DNA from: Candidatus Dormiibacterota bacterium
GTDB taxonomy: Bacteria; Chloroflexota; Dormibacteria; Aeolococcales; Aeolococcaceae
Length of the DNA: 64,000 bases
Direction of reading: 5' to 3'
Assembly: GCA_963789735.1 (NCBI GenBank)
Contig: CAWBLV010000006.1
Coordinates: 967,615 to 1,031,614, forward strand
Part shown: positions 34,099 through 43,136 of the stretch, in pieces
Numbering within the stretch: position 1 is the first letter of the stretch
Layout of the letters: each line of letters opens with the position of its first letter
Program-made: the position numbers and the translations under genes
Notes under the pieces: model-generated
What the model was told of the DNA's origin: nothing
Database searches by the model: none
Seen by the model: only the letters and a program-made list of their open reading frames with translations

Positions 34099-35072
34099 GA
34101 TGATTGCCCCGTTGGCGACCCGAAAACCAGGAACGGATCGCCCGCCGGACTAAGCCCTTCCAGGTTCACCCGGTAATGTATGTCCTCGATCAGGTCGGAC
34201 CGGGGTGCGCATTGGGCCAAGCGCAAGGGAGTGATGGCAGGAAAGCGGTCGTCCACGATGAAGAAGCGTGGTGCCGACCGAAGCACCCACGCCGCCTGGT
34301 AGGAGGCCGCGTCTTCATCCTTATATCCAGCGGCTCCCAAAGCGCGATCGATGAGGGCAAGGCTAGCGGCGTTCACTTGGCGTGCTCGTTCTACGAGCAA
34401 TGGCAACGTCAAACCAGGTTGTGCCCCTGCGGCCGTCAGTTGAATGGACAAGAGGTACAGGGGACGATGTCCTGTGGGCATTAGCTGGCCAACTCCGCTG
34501 ATGAGATGCCGTCTGGTCTCGCTTGTCGTGGTCTTGACCTCTACGTCGATATCCGGGAATCCGAAATCGTGTTCTTCGTGCGCTTGACCTCGCCATGCCC
34601 TTACCGCCGTCGCCTCGCCGGTCCATGCGACCGCTGACACGAGGGTGAGTAACTCGCCGAGCAGCCCTACCTGCTGATCTCGAGTTAGGCGCGCGCCCGC
34701 GACGAGCAGATGGCGCAACGATGCAAGCACGCCGATGACCGCGGCGCCGAACTGCTGATGCTCAAGCTGGATCCGGTCGAGGATACCGCACAGAACTGCG
34801 TATACATCCGTGGGATTGCCTTCGGCCGGCGCCGATAGTTCAAACCAGACCTGGCCATCCTCGAAATAATCAGTGAAAGATATGTTCTCCAATGGCGGCA
34901 GCGTTGGTGGAGGGCCGTCGGCGGGAACGCGTATACCGAGGCGGCCTCTCCCGCCGTCAACTACCAGTCGTGCGGTCGGCTCACCAACAACCGTCAGTTC
35001 CCCATCGATCCGTTTATCTAGGTAGTCGAGCACGAGGGTTGCAGCGGGAAATCGAGAAGGATCGTCAGGCAT
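34095..35072 (-). CDS. PD-(D/E)XK motif nuclease (DUF4420-like)
   Basis: QVGLLGEL, W.G...HDF....VEVKTT, ISGVGQL, FPAITP, I.Y.VNL. Confidence 0.85.
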   Translation of the reverse strand: MPDDPSRFPAATLVLDYLDKRIDGELTVVGEPTARLVVDGGRGRLGIRVPADGPPPTLPPLENISFTDYFEDGQVWFELSAPAEGNPTDVYAVLCGILDRIQLEHQQFGAAVIGVLASLRHLLVAGARLTRDQQVGLLGELLTLVSAVAWTGEATAVRAWRGQAHEEHDFGFPDIDVEVKTTTSETRRHLISGVGQLMPTGHRPLYLLSIQLTAAGAQPGLTLPLLVERARQVNAASLALIDRALGAAGYKDEDAASYQAAWVLRSAPRFFIVDDRFPAITPLRLAQCAPRSDLIEDIHYRVNLEGLSPAGDPFLVFGSPTGQSS

Positions 35073-36804
35073 CTTGTTCGTCGCGCTCCAAATCTGCAGC
35101 GGTAGTTAGAACTTCACCCCAGAGCCGCTGTTTTTCTTTGTCGGACGCCCCGAGGTAAGCGCCCTGAAACAACTCCTGGTATAGGAGAAACAGAGCGGAT
35201 TTGAGCAGCGGTGCGTCGTTCAAGCGTCCGCGTCCGCCCCCCAGGATGACCTCCCGGTACTCTGAGTTCGTCCAAAGCGTCTGTTCCTCCCGATCGACCT
35301 CGATGAACTGTCCACTGGGGAGCTCGCGCCATCTGATCTCGATCGCATCCGCTTCTAGGCTGATGTCGGCCAAACGCTCGATGCTCCGTCTGACGGCGGG
35401 GGGCAGACCGCGACCGGGCGGGGCGACGCGGATGTTTTTATGCTTCCGTTTGTTCGAGGATCGGAAGACGGACTTCGCGGTGGCTAGGTAGTCCGAGAAG
35501 GTTGTGCGGTCTTCCGATGTAGCAGCTTCGATTCCGCGGACCAGGTCCGCGTTCATATGGACCGCCGACTTTTCCGTCGCCATCGTGAAGTAGTCCAAAT
35601 GGCCGTCTATGTCAATCGCGACACGGGCAAGGGCGCGACGACGACTGTCCTGCAACACTTCGCACCAGGAACCAGCCACCAGAAGACGGTCGTACCTGTA
35701 CAAGTAGAACCCCTGATACTGCTCCGCAGGTTTCCCCAGTAGCCTGAAGAGCCGCAGAGTCGGACCCGGGCGGCCAAATGTGGCAGTGCATCTGAACGGT
35801 GTCATCCCCGACGGTAGCTCGCAAAGTTTTCGGGTAGTCAGGTGCCCCAGGACGAAGGTAACCGAACGGATTGATGGCGTCCACGAAGTACAAAGACCGG
35901 CCGACCTTGAATCGTAGTCATAGACGTCTAATCCAATAATGACCTTCCCATCTCCAAGCAGGCGGTGGAAGGTGAGTCCTAGGTGGTGACGCAGGCGCAC
36001 GACGCTTCGCTCGATAAAAGCAGTAGTCACGTCGATGCTTTGAGCGAGCGGGACCCCGCGGAGTTCATCCCACCGCACGACGGTGGAGGCGCCGAAACCC
36101 AACATCTCAGGCCACCCATCCAGCGCTCGCGCAACCTGCCCTTCCTCCAACACATCACACTCGAATCCCTCATCGCTCTGCCTTTCCCGGGACAGACGCC
36201 TCCCCTCCGGTCGACAGCCAGCCTTCCGAGACAAGACTGTGAGGAACGACGCCTGGCTAAATGAGGCGGATTTCAAGCCCACACCGAAGTGACCGAGCTG
36301 CCCTGCCGAAGTGTTCGGCCGACCCAGCGTCATGGCTCGCTGAATATCCATCGAGTCCATTCCCCGGCCGTCGTCGACGACATACATCCGATGCAGCAGC
36401 CCCCCGCGCAATTCGAAGCGGATGTGCACGCGTTTGGCCTCAGCGTCGATGCTGTTATCTACGAGGTCTGCGACTGCTGTCTCGAGGTCGTGATTCAACC
36501 CGATCGCTTTGAGGACCCCCGGATCAGGAGGTATTCGTTCAGTAGCGACGGCAGGAAGGTCGTCAACGGGCGTAGTCAGCTCGGTGCTCCTAATGTGTGC
36601 TAGCGCTGGGAGTGTAGCCACCGCTGAACGTTGGCCACCCAAGGCGGCTGGCTGCCAGATGGCCACGCCGGGCGGCCCAGTACGAACTAGCGGACCGGAG
36701 CCAGCCGTGGTGCCGTGCGCGCTGCCTGTCCACCCCTCATCGAACGCATGTTTGATAACATGCCCGCCAACACCCAGGACGAAGTAGTCCCTCGTCGCGA
36801 CCAC
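35065..36804 (-). CDS. GHKL (MORC/MutL-like) ATPase; true start probably near 36570; compensating frameshifts 35750-35895
   Basis: AVADLVDNSIDA, VDDGRGM, LGHFGVGLKSASFSQ, HLGLTFHR, QGFYLYRYDRLL..G.W, LARVAIDI; the alternative frame supplies NPFGY..DYPK..HIWP. Confidence 0.85.
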   Translation of the reverse strand: MVATRDYFVLGVGGHVIKHAFDEGWTGSAHGTTAGSGPLVRTGPPGVAIWQPAALGGQRSAVATLPALAHIRSTELTTPVDDLPAVATERIPPDPGVLKAIGLNHDLETAVADLVDNSIDAEAKRVHIRFELRGGLLHRMYVVDDGRGMDSMDIQRAMTLGRPNTSAGQLGHFGVGLKSASFSQASFLTVLSRKAGCRPEGRRLSRERQSDEGFECDVLEEGQVARALDGWPEMLGFGASTVVRWDELRGVPLAQSIDVTTAFIERSVVRLRHHLGLTFHRLLGDGKVIIGLDVYDYDSRSAGLCTSWTPSIRSVTFVLGHLTTRKLCELPSGMTPFRCTATFGRPGPTLRLFRLLGKPAEQYQGFYLYRYDRLLVAGSWCEVLQDSRRRALARVAIDIDGHLDYFTMATEKSAVHMNADLVRGIEAATSEDRTTFSDYLATAKSVFRSSNKRKHKNIRVAPPGRGLPPAVRRSIERLADISLEADAIEIRWRELPSGQFIEVDREEQTLWTNSEYREVILGGGRGRLNDAPLLKSALFLLYQELFQGAYLGASDKEKQRLWGEVLTTAADLERDEQDA

Positions 36805-36845
36805 CCGCGCCTCATACTTGCCAACGCAAACCCATCAGGATCCCG

Positions 36846-37961
36846 ATGGCACGAACCGCCTCCGTGAGTGAGGGCCGCCTGACGTTCATCGATGTTTTTG
36901 CCGGTTGCGGTGGCCTTGCACGCGGCTTCGTTGACTCGGGCGGTTTCCGCGCTGTCGGCGCGTGCGAGGTGGATACCGACGCCTGCGAGACCTATCGCCG
37001 AAACATCGACGAATCGATCTTCGAAGAGCCGGTTGAGGGGGTGGCCAGCTCACGATGGCCACAAGCTGACTTAGTAATCGGTGGACCGCCGTGCCAAGGT
37101 TTCAGCCAACTCGGTCGCCGCGACCCCCTTGACCCTCGAAACACGTTGTGGACGCACTACGCGAGGGTGCTTCGCGCATGCGGCGCGAAGGTATTCATTA
37201 TGGAGAACGTGCCGCAGCTCCTCGCCTCAGACCAGTTCGCCCTTTTCGAGGAGACCGTCTCAAACCGAGGATTCAAGGTCAAGTTCGACGTTTTGAATGC
37301 GGCAGACTACGGTGTGCCTCAGACGCGGCGGCGTGCAATCGTTATTGGGTCGCGACTCGGTGAGCCAAGCTTCCCCGTCAAAACCCACGGTCCGGACAGC
37401 GGCACGGGGATTCCCCACGCTGATGTTCGCCTGGCTTTTACGGGGTTACCGGCGGTTCCAACGGGCAACCAATGGCACAGATCGCGGACCGGTATACGGC
37501 CAACGTCCATCGTGAGATACCGGGCGGTGCCTCACTCGGGTGGGAACCGCTTCCAAATGCAGGAGCAACTCGACAGCCTCGCGCTGGGACATCTCGTGCC
37601 GGCCTGCTGGAGGAATAAGCCTACGGGGACTACCGATGTATTCGGGCGAATGTGGTGGGACAGGCCGGCGCCGACGATCCGCACCGAGTTTTATAAGCCG
37701 GAGAAGGGACGCTACTTGCATCCAGAGGAGGACCGCCCCATCACCGTTAGGGAGGCAGCGCGCCTGCAGTCGTTCCCGGATGCGTTCGTCTTCCCGGAAC
37801 ATCAGTCACTGGTGAGCGTGGCGCGGCAAATAGGTAACGCGGTTCCACCTCGCCTCGCCCGCGCCTTGGCTGTATCTGTTCTTGAGCATGTGCGAAGTGC
37901 ATCTGCCCAGGACGAGCCGTTTGCAACAACCACTCGCCTGCGCGAACGTCAAAGCGCTTAG
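36846..37961 (+). CDS. dcm: DNA (cytosine-5)-methyltransferase
   Basis: FAGCGG (I), GGPPCQGFS (IV), ENV (VI), QTRRR (VIII), REAARLQSFP (IX), QIGNAVP (X). Confidence 0.95.
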   Translation: MARTASVSEGRLTFIDVFAGCGGLARGFVDSGGFRAVGACEVDTDACETYRRNIDESIFEEPVEGVASSRWPQADLVIGGPPCQGFSQLGRRDPLDPRNTLWTHYARVLRACGAKVFIMENVPQLLASDQFALFEETVSNRGFKVKFDVLNAADYGVPQTRRRAIVIGSRLGEPSFPVKTHGPDSGTGIPHADVRLAFTGLPAVPTGNQWHRSRTGIRPTSIVRYRAVPHSGGNRFQMQEQLDSLALGHLVPACWRNKPTGTTDVFGRMWWDRPAPTIRTEFYKPEKGRYLHPEEDRPITVREAARLQSFPDAFVFPEHQSLVSVARQIGNAVPPRLARALAVSVLEHVRSASAQDEPFATTTRLRERQSA

Positions 37962-37978
37962 ACGGATCTCGCTGGTCG

Positions 37979-38446
37979 GTGACCATGGATCGACGTACAA
38001 CTGAGCGTCGTGCTTGCACGGGGGCGGGCTCATGGGCCTCGTCTCCCGGTTCGCGGAGATCCATGCAGTCGAATCGCGGGAGAGACACTCTGCCGGAGCT
38101 TGCCGCGCGCTCAGCTCTCTATCGCGAGGGCTTTCGTTTCCGCGTCCACTACAAGGCGCTCCCCAGCGTGCGCGGAGATGTCGACATCGCCTTGACGCGA
38201 CATCGGCTCGCGGTGTTTATCGACGGATGCTTCTGGCACGGCTGCCCACTTCATGCCACGCGGCCAGCGACGAACCGTGAATGGTGGGGAGCTAAGCTCG
38301 ACGGGAATATCTCCCGCGATGCACGCACTAACGCGGCGCTCGTCGAGGCCGGATGGTCGGTACTACGCTTCTGGGAGCATACCCCCTCGGCGGATATCGT
38401 TCGGGGGGTGCGTGACGCCGTTGACCACAGCACGGTCGCGAAATGA
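37979..38446 (+). CDS. vsr: Very short patch repair endonuclease
   Basis: SMQSNRGRDT.PE, G.RFR, DIA.....AVFIDGCFWHGCP.H, WW..KL..N..RD, GW.VLRFWEH. Confidence 0.95.
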   Translation: MTMDRRTTERRACTGAGSWASSPGSRRSMQSNRGRDTLPELAARSALYREGFRFRVHYKALPSVRGDVDIALTRHRLAVFIDGCFWHGCPLHATRPATNREWWGAKLDGNISRDARTNAALVEAGWSVLRFWEHTPSADIVRGVRDAVDHSTVAK

Positions 38447-38556
38447 TGGGTGCGCCGCGTGTGCTCGCCCGAGGCGCTTGGCAACTTTCCCGACACAACG
38501 GGGCACTCCGACGGTCCTCGGGATGGACACGGCAGATACCTGAACATTAGGGGCTG

Positions 38557-39372
38557 TTACCCGTCCCTGTAGGCGGGGTCATCAGCGGGCTGTGACGGGG
38601 CGTCGATGGTACTGGACATCTGCCCTTCCAGTCCAGCGCCCATTGAGAGGACTTGGGAAAGCATCTCTTCGATCTTGTCTAACCGCTTATCCAAGGCAGA
38701 GTTCTCCTTGCCAGCGGACTCCCCTACGAAGTAGCTGGCGATGGTAGCCGTCAGGACACCAATGAGGCCGATTCCAACAAACATCAGAACGGTTGCAACG
38801 CCCCTCCCCCCCGCAGTGACGGGAAACTGGTCGCCGTACCCGACGGTGGTAACCGTCACGACGGCCCACCATAGGGCGTCTCCGAAGTTCTGAATCCGCG
38901 ACCCGGTGGCGCCGGTCTCGAAGACGAGTTCGAGGACCGAGCAAACAACGATGACGCCTAAGGCCGCAGCCAGCACGTAGTGCAGCCCCTGGTGCGTGAC
39001 GATCCCGCGAACGCGGCGGAATGCATTGGCCAGGACCACGCCAGCCCTTGCAACGTTTAGGATCCGAAGTAGCCGCGCGGCTCGCAGCGGTCGAAGTAAC
39101 GGCAGAGCAACGACTGCTAGGTCGATTAAGTGGTGGGTGACGAAGTGCCACCGCCGCGGCACCAGGTATAGCTTGACGAGGTACTCGACTGCGAATGCCG
39201 CCCACACCAAGTAGTCGATGGCCTCAAATGTTGCCGCCAAACTGCTGGGAAGATGCGCCACGATCGGGACGACGAGGACGGGAAGCCACACTAGCGCTAG
39301 CACTGTGAGCGGAAGGGCCACTGCGCTAGCAAAACGATCGTACGCATCCTGTGAGCGGCCCAGGCGTGCCAT
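38557..39372 (-). CDS. Potassium channel (6-TM, voltage-sensor-like S4)
   Basis: LRPLRAARLLR S4-like segment; DALWWAVVTVTTVGYGD filter. Confidence 0.9.
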   Translation of the reverse strand: MARLGRSQDAYDRFASAVALPLTVLALVWLPVLVVPIVAHLPSSLAATFEAIDYLVWAAFAVEYLVKLYLVPRRWHFVTHHLIDLAVVALPLLRPLRAARLLRILNVARAGVVLANAFRRVRGIVTHQGLHYVLAAALGVIVVCSVLELVFETGATGSRIQNFGDALWWAVVTVTTVGYGDQFPVTAGGRGVATVLMFVGIGLIGVLTATIASYFVGESAGKENSALDKRLDKIEEMLSQVLSMGAGLEGQMSSTIDAPSQPADDPAYRDG

Positions 39373-39559
39373 TCACAAAGCCTACCCTGATGCGGCGCAG
39401 ATGCCGCATTCGGCGAAGCCTGGGCCGCCTGCACTGTCACGGCTCAGCAACGGAGCTCAATGCGATGTGCAGCAACCGCCAGGCTCGAGAGCAACCGGCT
39501 TGAGTGCGCCTCCGCGCCGAGACTAGAATACGACCGTCACACAGTTAGGAAGGAATGCT

Positions 39560-40630
39560 ATGCCGTCTCGGTTCTTCCGACGGGTCAAGATCGCCCCCGG
39601 AGTGCGTGTCAACTTTTCCAAGTCGTTACCCAGCATGAGCGTCGGCGTGCGCGGTGCCCACGTAACCGTGGGCCACAAGCGACGTCGAGCGACGGTGGGA
39701 ATTCCTGGAACGGGCCTCTTCTACACCAAGTACTCGCATCAGCATGCGAGAGCGGCCACCCGTAAGGGAGGGCCCGCGCGTTCCGTTCGCAGCTCGGGCG
39801 CCCCTCAGAAGACGACGATCGGAGAAGTCTTCCGAAAGCCCCCTGGTGCAAAGATCGGGTATGGGATTCTTCTGACAGTTCTCGTTGTTACCAGCCCGGT
39901 CGGTATTCCATTGCTTTTGACCGGGATTTTCCAATGGTTCCTGAGCAAGCGTTGGCACGCGCGGTCTCTAGTTGCTAAAGCTGCGAAGTCGTCGGACCCG
40001 GAGGAGGCTAAGGCCCTGCTGGACCAGGCTGAGCTCACCCTCCCTGGGGACCCCGAGGTGCTTGCTCCTCTTGCTGGCTGGAATGCTGATCAACATAACT
40101 TCGAAGAAGCAGCCGCTCTCTATGCCTTGTACTTGCAGCGCTCACCAAACGATGGGACTGCGCGGGCGCATTACGCGCGTTGCCTACTCCTCAGCGGAGA
40201 TTCGGACGCGGCGATCGAGCAGTTCGTCCTGGTGCGTGCCCTTCCCCTTGACGACGAAAGCCAAGCCTCCATCACCACTTTCCTGGCCATTGCACATCTG
40301 ATGAAAGGCGACGCGGGCCAGGCACTAGCCCTCCTCAAGGAGGCGCCATTGCAGCGGCACAGCCTCGGGATCGGTCTTCAGCAATGCCTCCAGTACCGCG
40401 CGGTTGCGTTCTACTTCACGGGGGATACGAAGCGCGCCATTTCCGATATGGATCGCCTATATGCCGTGAATCCAGCGTACAAGGACGTCCTCGAGGACAA
40501 GGCAACCATGGCAGCCGGGACATTTGTTCTCGACGCGCCGAACGGTCCGATCACCCGGGAGACCCTCAAGGGGACGCCTACAGGGGTGCGCAGTGCTCCG
40601 GACGTTGCGGGTTCGAGCGCGAACGCGTAG
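39560..40630 (+). CDS. DUF4236-like N-terminus, TM hairpin and TPR repeats
   Basis: RFFRRVKIAPGVRVNFSKS.PS.SVG.RG...TVGIPGTGLFY; helical TPR-like C-terminus; AGGAAGGA RBS. Confidence 0.8.
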   Translation: MPSRFFRRVKIAPGVRVNFSKSLPSMSVGVRGAHVTVGHKRRRATVGIPGTGLFYTKYSHQHARAATRKGGPARSVRSSGAPQKTTIGEVFRKPPGAKIGYGILLTVLVVTSPVGIPLLLTGIFQWFLSKRWHARSLVAKAAKSSDPEEAKALLDQAELTLPGDPEVLAPLAGWNADQHNFEEAAALYALYLQRSPNDGTARAHYARCLLLSGDSDAAIEQFVLVRALPLDDESQASITTFLAIAHLMKGDAGQALALLKEAPLQRHSLGIGLQQCLQYRAVAFYFTGDTKRAISDMDRLYAVNPAYKDVLEDKATMAAGTFVLDAPNGPITRETLKGTPTGVRSAPDVAGSSANA

Positions 40631-40877
40631 CCGCGACCCGCGCTCCGCCCCACAGTCTCTGCACCGTACTGAGATGCGCGCGGGTTCACGGATGTGCCGG
40701 GGACGTTCGGTCCCGTCGTCGCGACCAAGGATGGACGGCAACAGTCGACTCGCTGGCGCCATGAAAGCAACCCCCTACCCCTGGTCGCGAGCCCACTGCT
40801 TACGTATGACCGCAGTCGCTAGCGATGGCCTCCTTCGCCGTCGCGAAAGTGTCGGTCCGACGCTAAGGCTGGCAGCG

Positions 40878-41430
40878 TCACTGCGCGCAGGTCCAGGTGA
40901 TCGTCCCGGACTCCGTCGCGGACGACGTCGTGCCGATGTACTTGCTGAACGTTGCGTTCCCTGACCCGTCGCTGTTGAGCAACATCGTGGAATCGATGCC
41001 CGCAAACGTCTCGAGGCCTACGGTCAAGCCGGACACGACATTGCCCGAGTAGTTGCCCGTGCCGTGGAATGTGCTCTGCGGCACGCTGATCTCGAAGTTG
41101 ACGGTTTGCCCGCCGACAGTGATCGGATTCCCGAGGTCGGGTCCGAGGCCGATCGTCCACGCCAGCGAGCTCGTCGCGTACTGCTTGCACGTTGCGCCGA
41201 CGGTCGGCGTGGTGAACGAGCCCTGAACAGGCTGTGGCGCCGGTGAAGTTGATCTGCACGGTGAACGTGCCGGCCGGTACTTTGGTGGATTGCGCGGATG
41301 TCGCCGGCGTGGAACTCGAGCCGCATGCGGCGAGCCCGAGCGCAACAACCATGGTGGACAGGACGGTGCGCGAGCGCACGCCCGTGATCACTCGCGCGAG
41401 CGACCGCGTTCGACTGTGTGTGTTCTCCAT
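40878..41430 (-). CDS. Small lipoprotein (frameshift near 41235)
   Basis: Lipobox LGLAAC; two overlapping frames give a beta-rich protein ending GTITWTCAQ. Confidence 0.7.
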
Positions 41431-41596
41431 GACCAGCCCCCTGCCTCCCGTTTCTTCTTATGTGCATGTCGTCGGGCCACGGCGAGCCGACCACCTCAAG
41501 GAATCTCCCCTCAGTGCGCGACTGCCCGTTCGGCCGCGCTCTGCACGCGCCTCTCGGACCCCTCGAAGGGAAATGTATCAATTTGCCTCGGAGTCA

Positions 41597-41622
41597 TCAA
41601 CTCATACGAACGTATTAGTTGA
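41597..41622. promoter_or_regulatory. AT-rich inverted repeat (operator candidate)
   Basis: TCAACTCATACG-AA-CGTATTAGTTGA, 11 of 12 arm positions pair; upstream of the lipoprotein. Confidence 0.5.
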
Positions 41623-41714
41623 ATCATCGCGTGCTGTGATGCGACCGATAGTGGGGAATCCGATGTGTACAAACGGCAATCCACGCGGCCGTCGCACCTG
41701 CCGCCGCGAGTTGG

Positions 41715-42952
41715 CTACGCAGTATCCCGCGCGACGTCCAGCTTCATCCCCGCCGTGCGCAGCCGGTTCACGAGCTGCATGCCCATCGCGGTCGCAGGCG
41801 TCAGCACTCCGCCCCGCGCGGGCAAGGTCATCTCGCGCCAGAGACATCGCCGCCTCGCCAAGCATCATCGACGTCGCGGCATACCCGGGATCACCTTTCG
41901 CCGCAACACGCGCGACGTACCGCGCCCCGCTCGACGTCCTGGCATGGATTGCAATCCGGAAGAAGCCGGCCTCACGCGACTTCGCGCTCGGCCCTTCGCC
42001 GGGAGACGGCAGCACACGCCCGAGCAGCGCACGCGATGGCGCAAAGCTCATCCCGGCGCCGAGGCCCACAACCGCAGACGCCATTGCCGCTCCCCTGACC
42101 GGCGCCATGGCACCGCTTCCATAGCCGGTCACCTCGCGATATCTGAAGCGACGCCCATACGCCCACCCCAGCAGCGCATTGCTGCGACGCACCACGCGCG
42201 TGTTCGCGCCGGCGAGCAGAAATGGTCCGACCCACATGCCGAGAGTGCTGTCGTGCCGGAGCGTCATCAGGTCGCGTTCGTCCCCGAGCGTCGGCTCCTC
42301 GGCACGATCCGGGCTCAATGCATATGGATCAGCAACCAGGCGTCGAATCTGCGGATCCGCCCGCACCTCCTTGACCTGGACCCGCATGGAATCGATCGTG
42401 CCGCCGCTCAAGCCGCCTTTCAGTGCCGACACGACAAACGTAGTGTCCTCGAGGTCGCCCGCGCCATCGGCCTTGACCGCCTCGTGCAGGATCAGCACGC
42501 CGAGGTCGGACGGGATCGAGTTCGAATCCGCACGAGTGCACGATGCGGACGCCACGTCGCGCCGCCTCGTCGTGGCAGGTATCGATGCTCTCGCGCATGA
42601 ACCCGACTTCGCCGGTCAGGTCCGCGTAATGCGTCCCCGCCTCGACGCACGCCACCACCAGCGGCATCCCCAAGCGACGATACGGGCCAACAGTCGTCGC
42701 GACCACGCGCGTGCGCGCGGCGAGCGCGTTGAGCGAAGCGACGTCGCTCGAGTCCGCCTCGATCAGCGGCCACGCCGCGGCCTTCGGTCCGAGCCCCGAG
42801 CGAACTGCGCTCAGCCGCTCAAGCGACCGCCCCGCGAGCCCCACACGCAGTCCATCCGGCGCCGCGCGCGCAAGGTACTCGGCCACAAGCCGGCCGACAA
42901 ACCCGGTGGCGCCGAACACCACAACGTCGAGCTCGCGCTCCTCCGTCCCCAT
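41715..42952 (-). CDS. Saccharopine dehydrogenase-like / trans-acting enoyl reductase (frameshifts near 42520 and 41820)
   Basis: VVFGATGFVG, LAGRS, TTVGPY, YADLTGE, HSCGF-DSIPSDLG, GDPGYAATS.ML.E, GGVLTPATAMG. Confidence 0.88.
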
Positions 42953-43136
42953 GGCGCGCATCGAACCACATCCGACGTCCGATCCACCCCGGCCATCTCC
43001 GAAAAACCCGTGACAGAACGGTCGCGGCGTATTCGGCGCGACCCGACCACCCGTAGCCTTCGAACCACGACAGATCGAGGGCGGGATCGAGAGGGGTGCC
43101 GGGAAACACGGCACGTAACCGGGGGGTTGCCAGGGG

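Noticed and set aside
30380-40640. Prophage or integrative element
   Set aside because: No integrase, transposase, phage genes, tRNA or flanking direct repeats were recognised.
43095-43135. c-di-GMP riboswitch upstream of the S8 gene
   Set aside because: Two short hairpins exist (GTGCCG/CGGCAC and GTAACC/GGTTGC), but the conserved class I/II motifs are not present.
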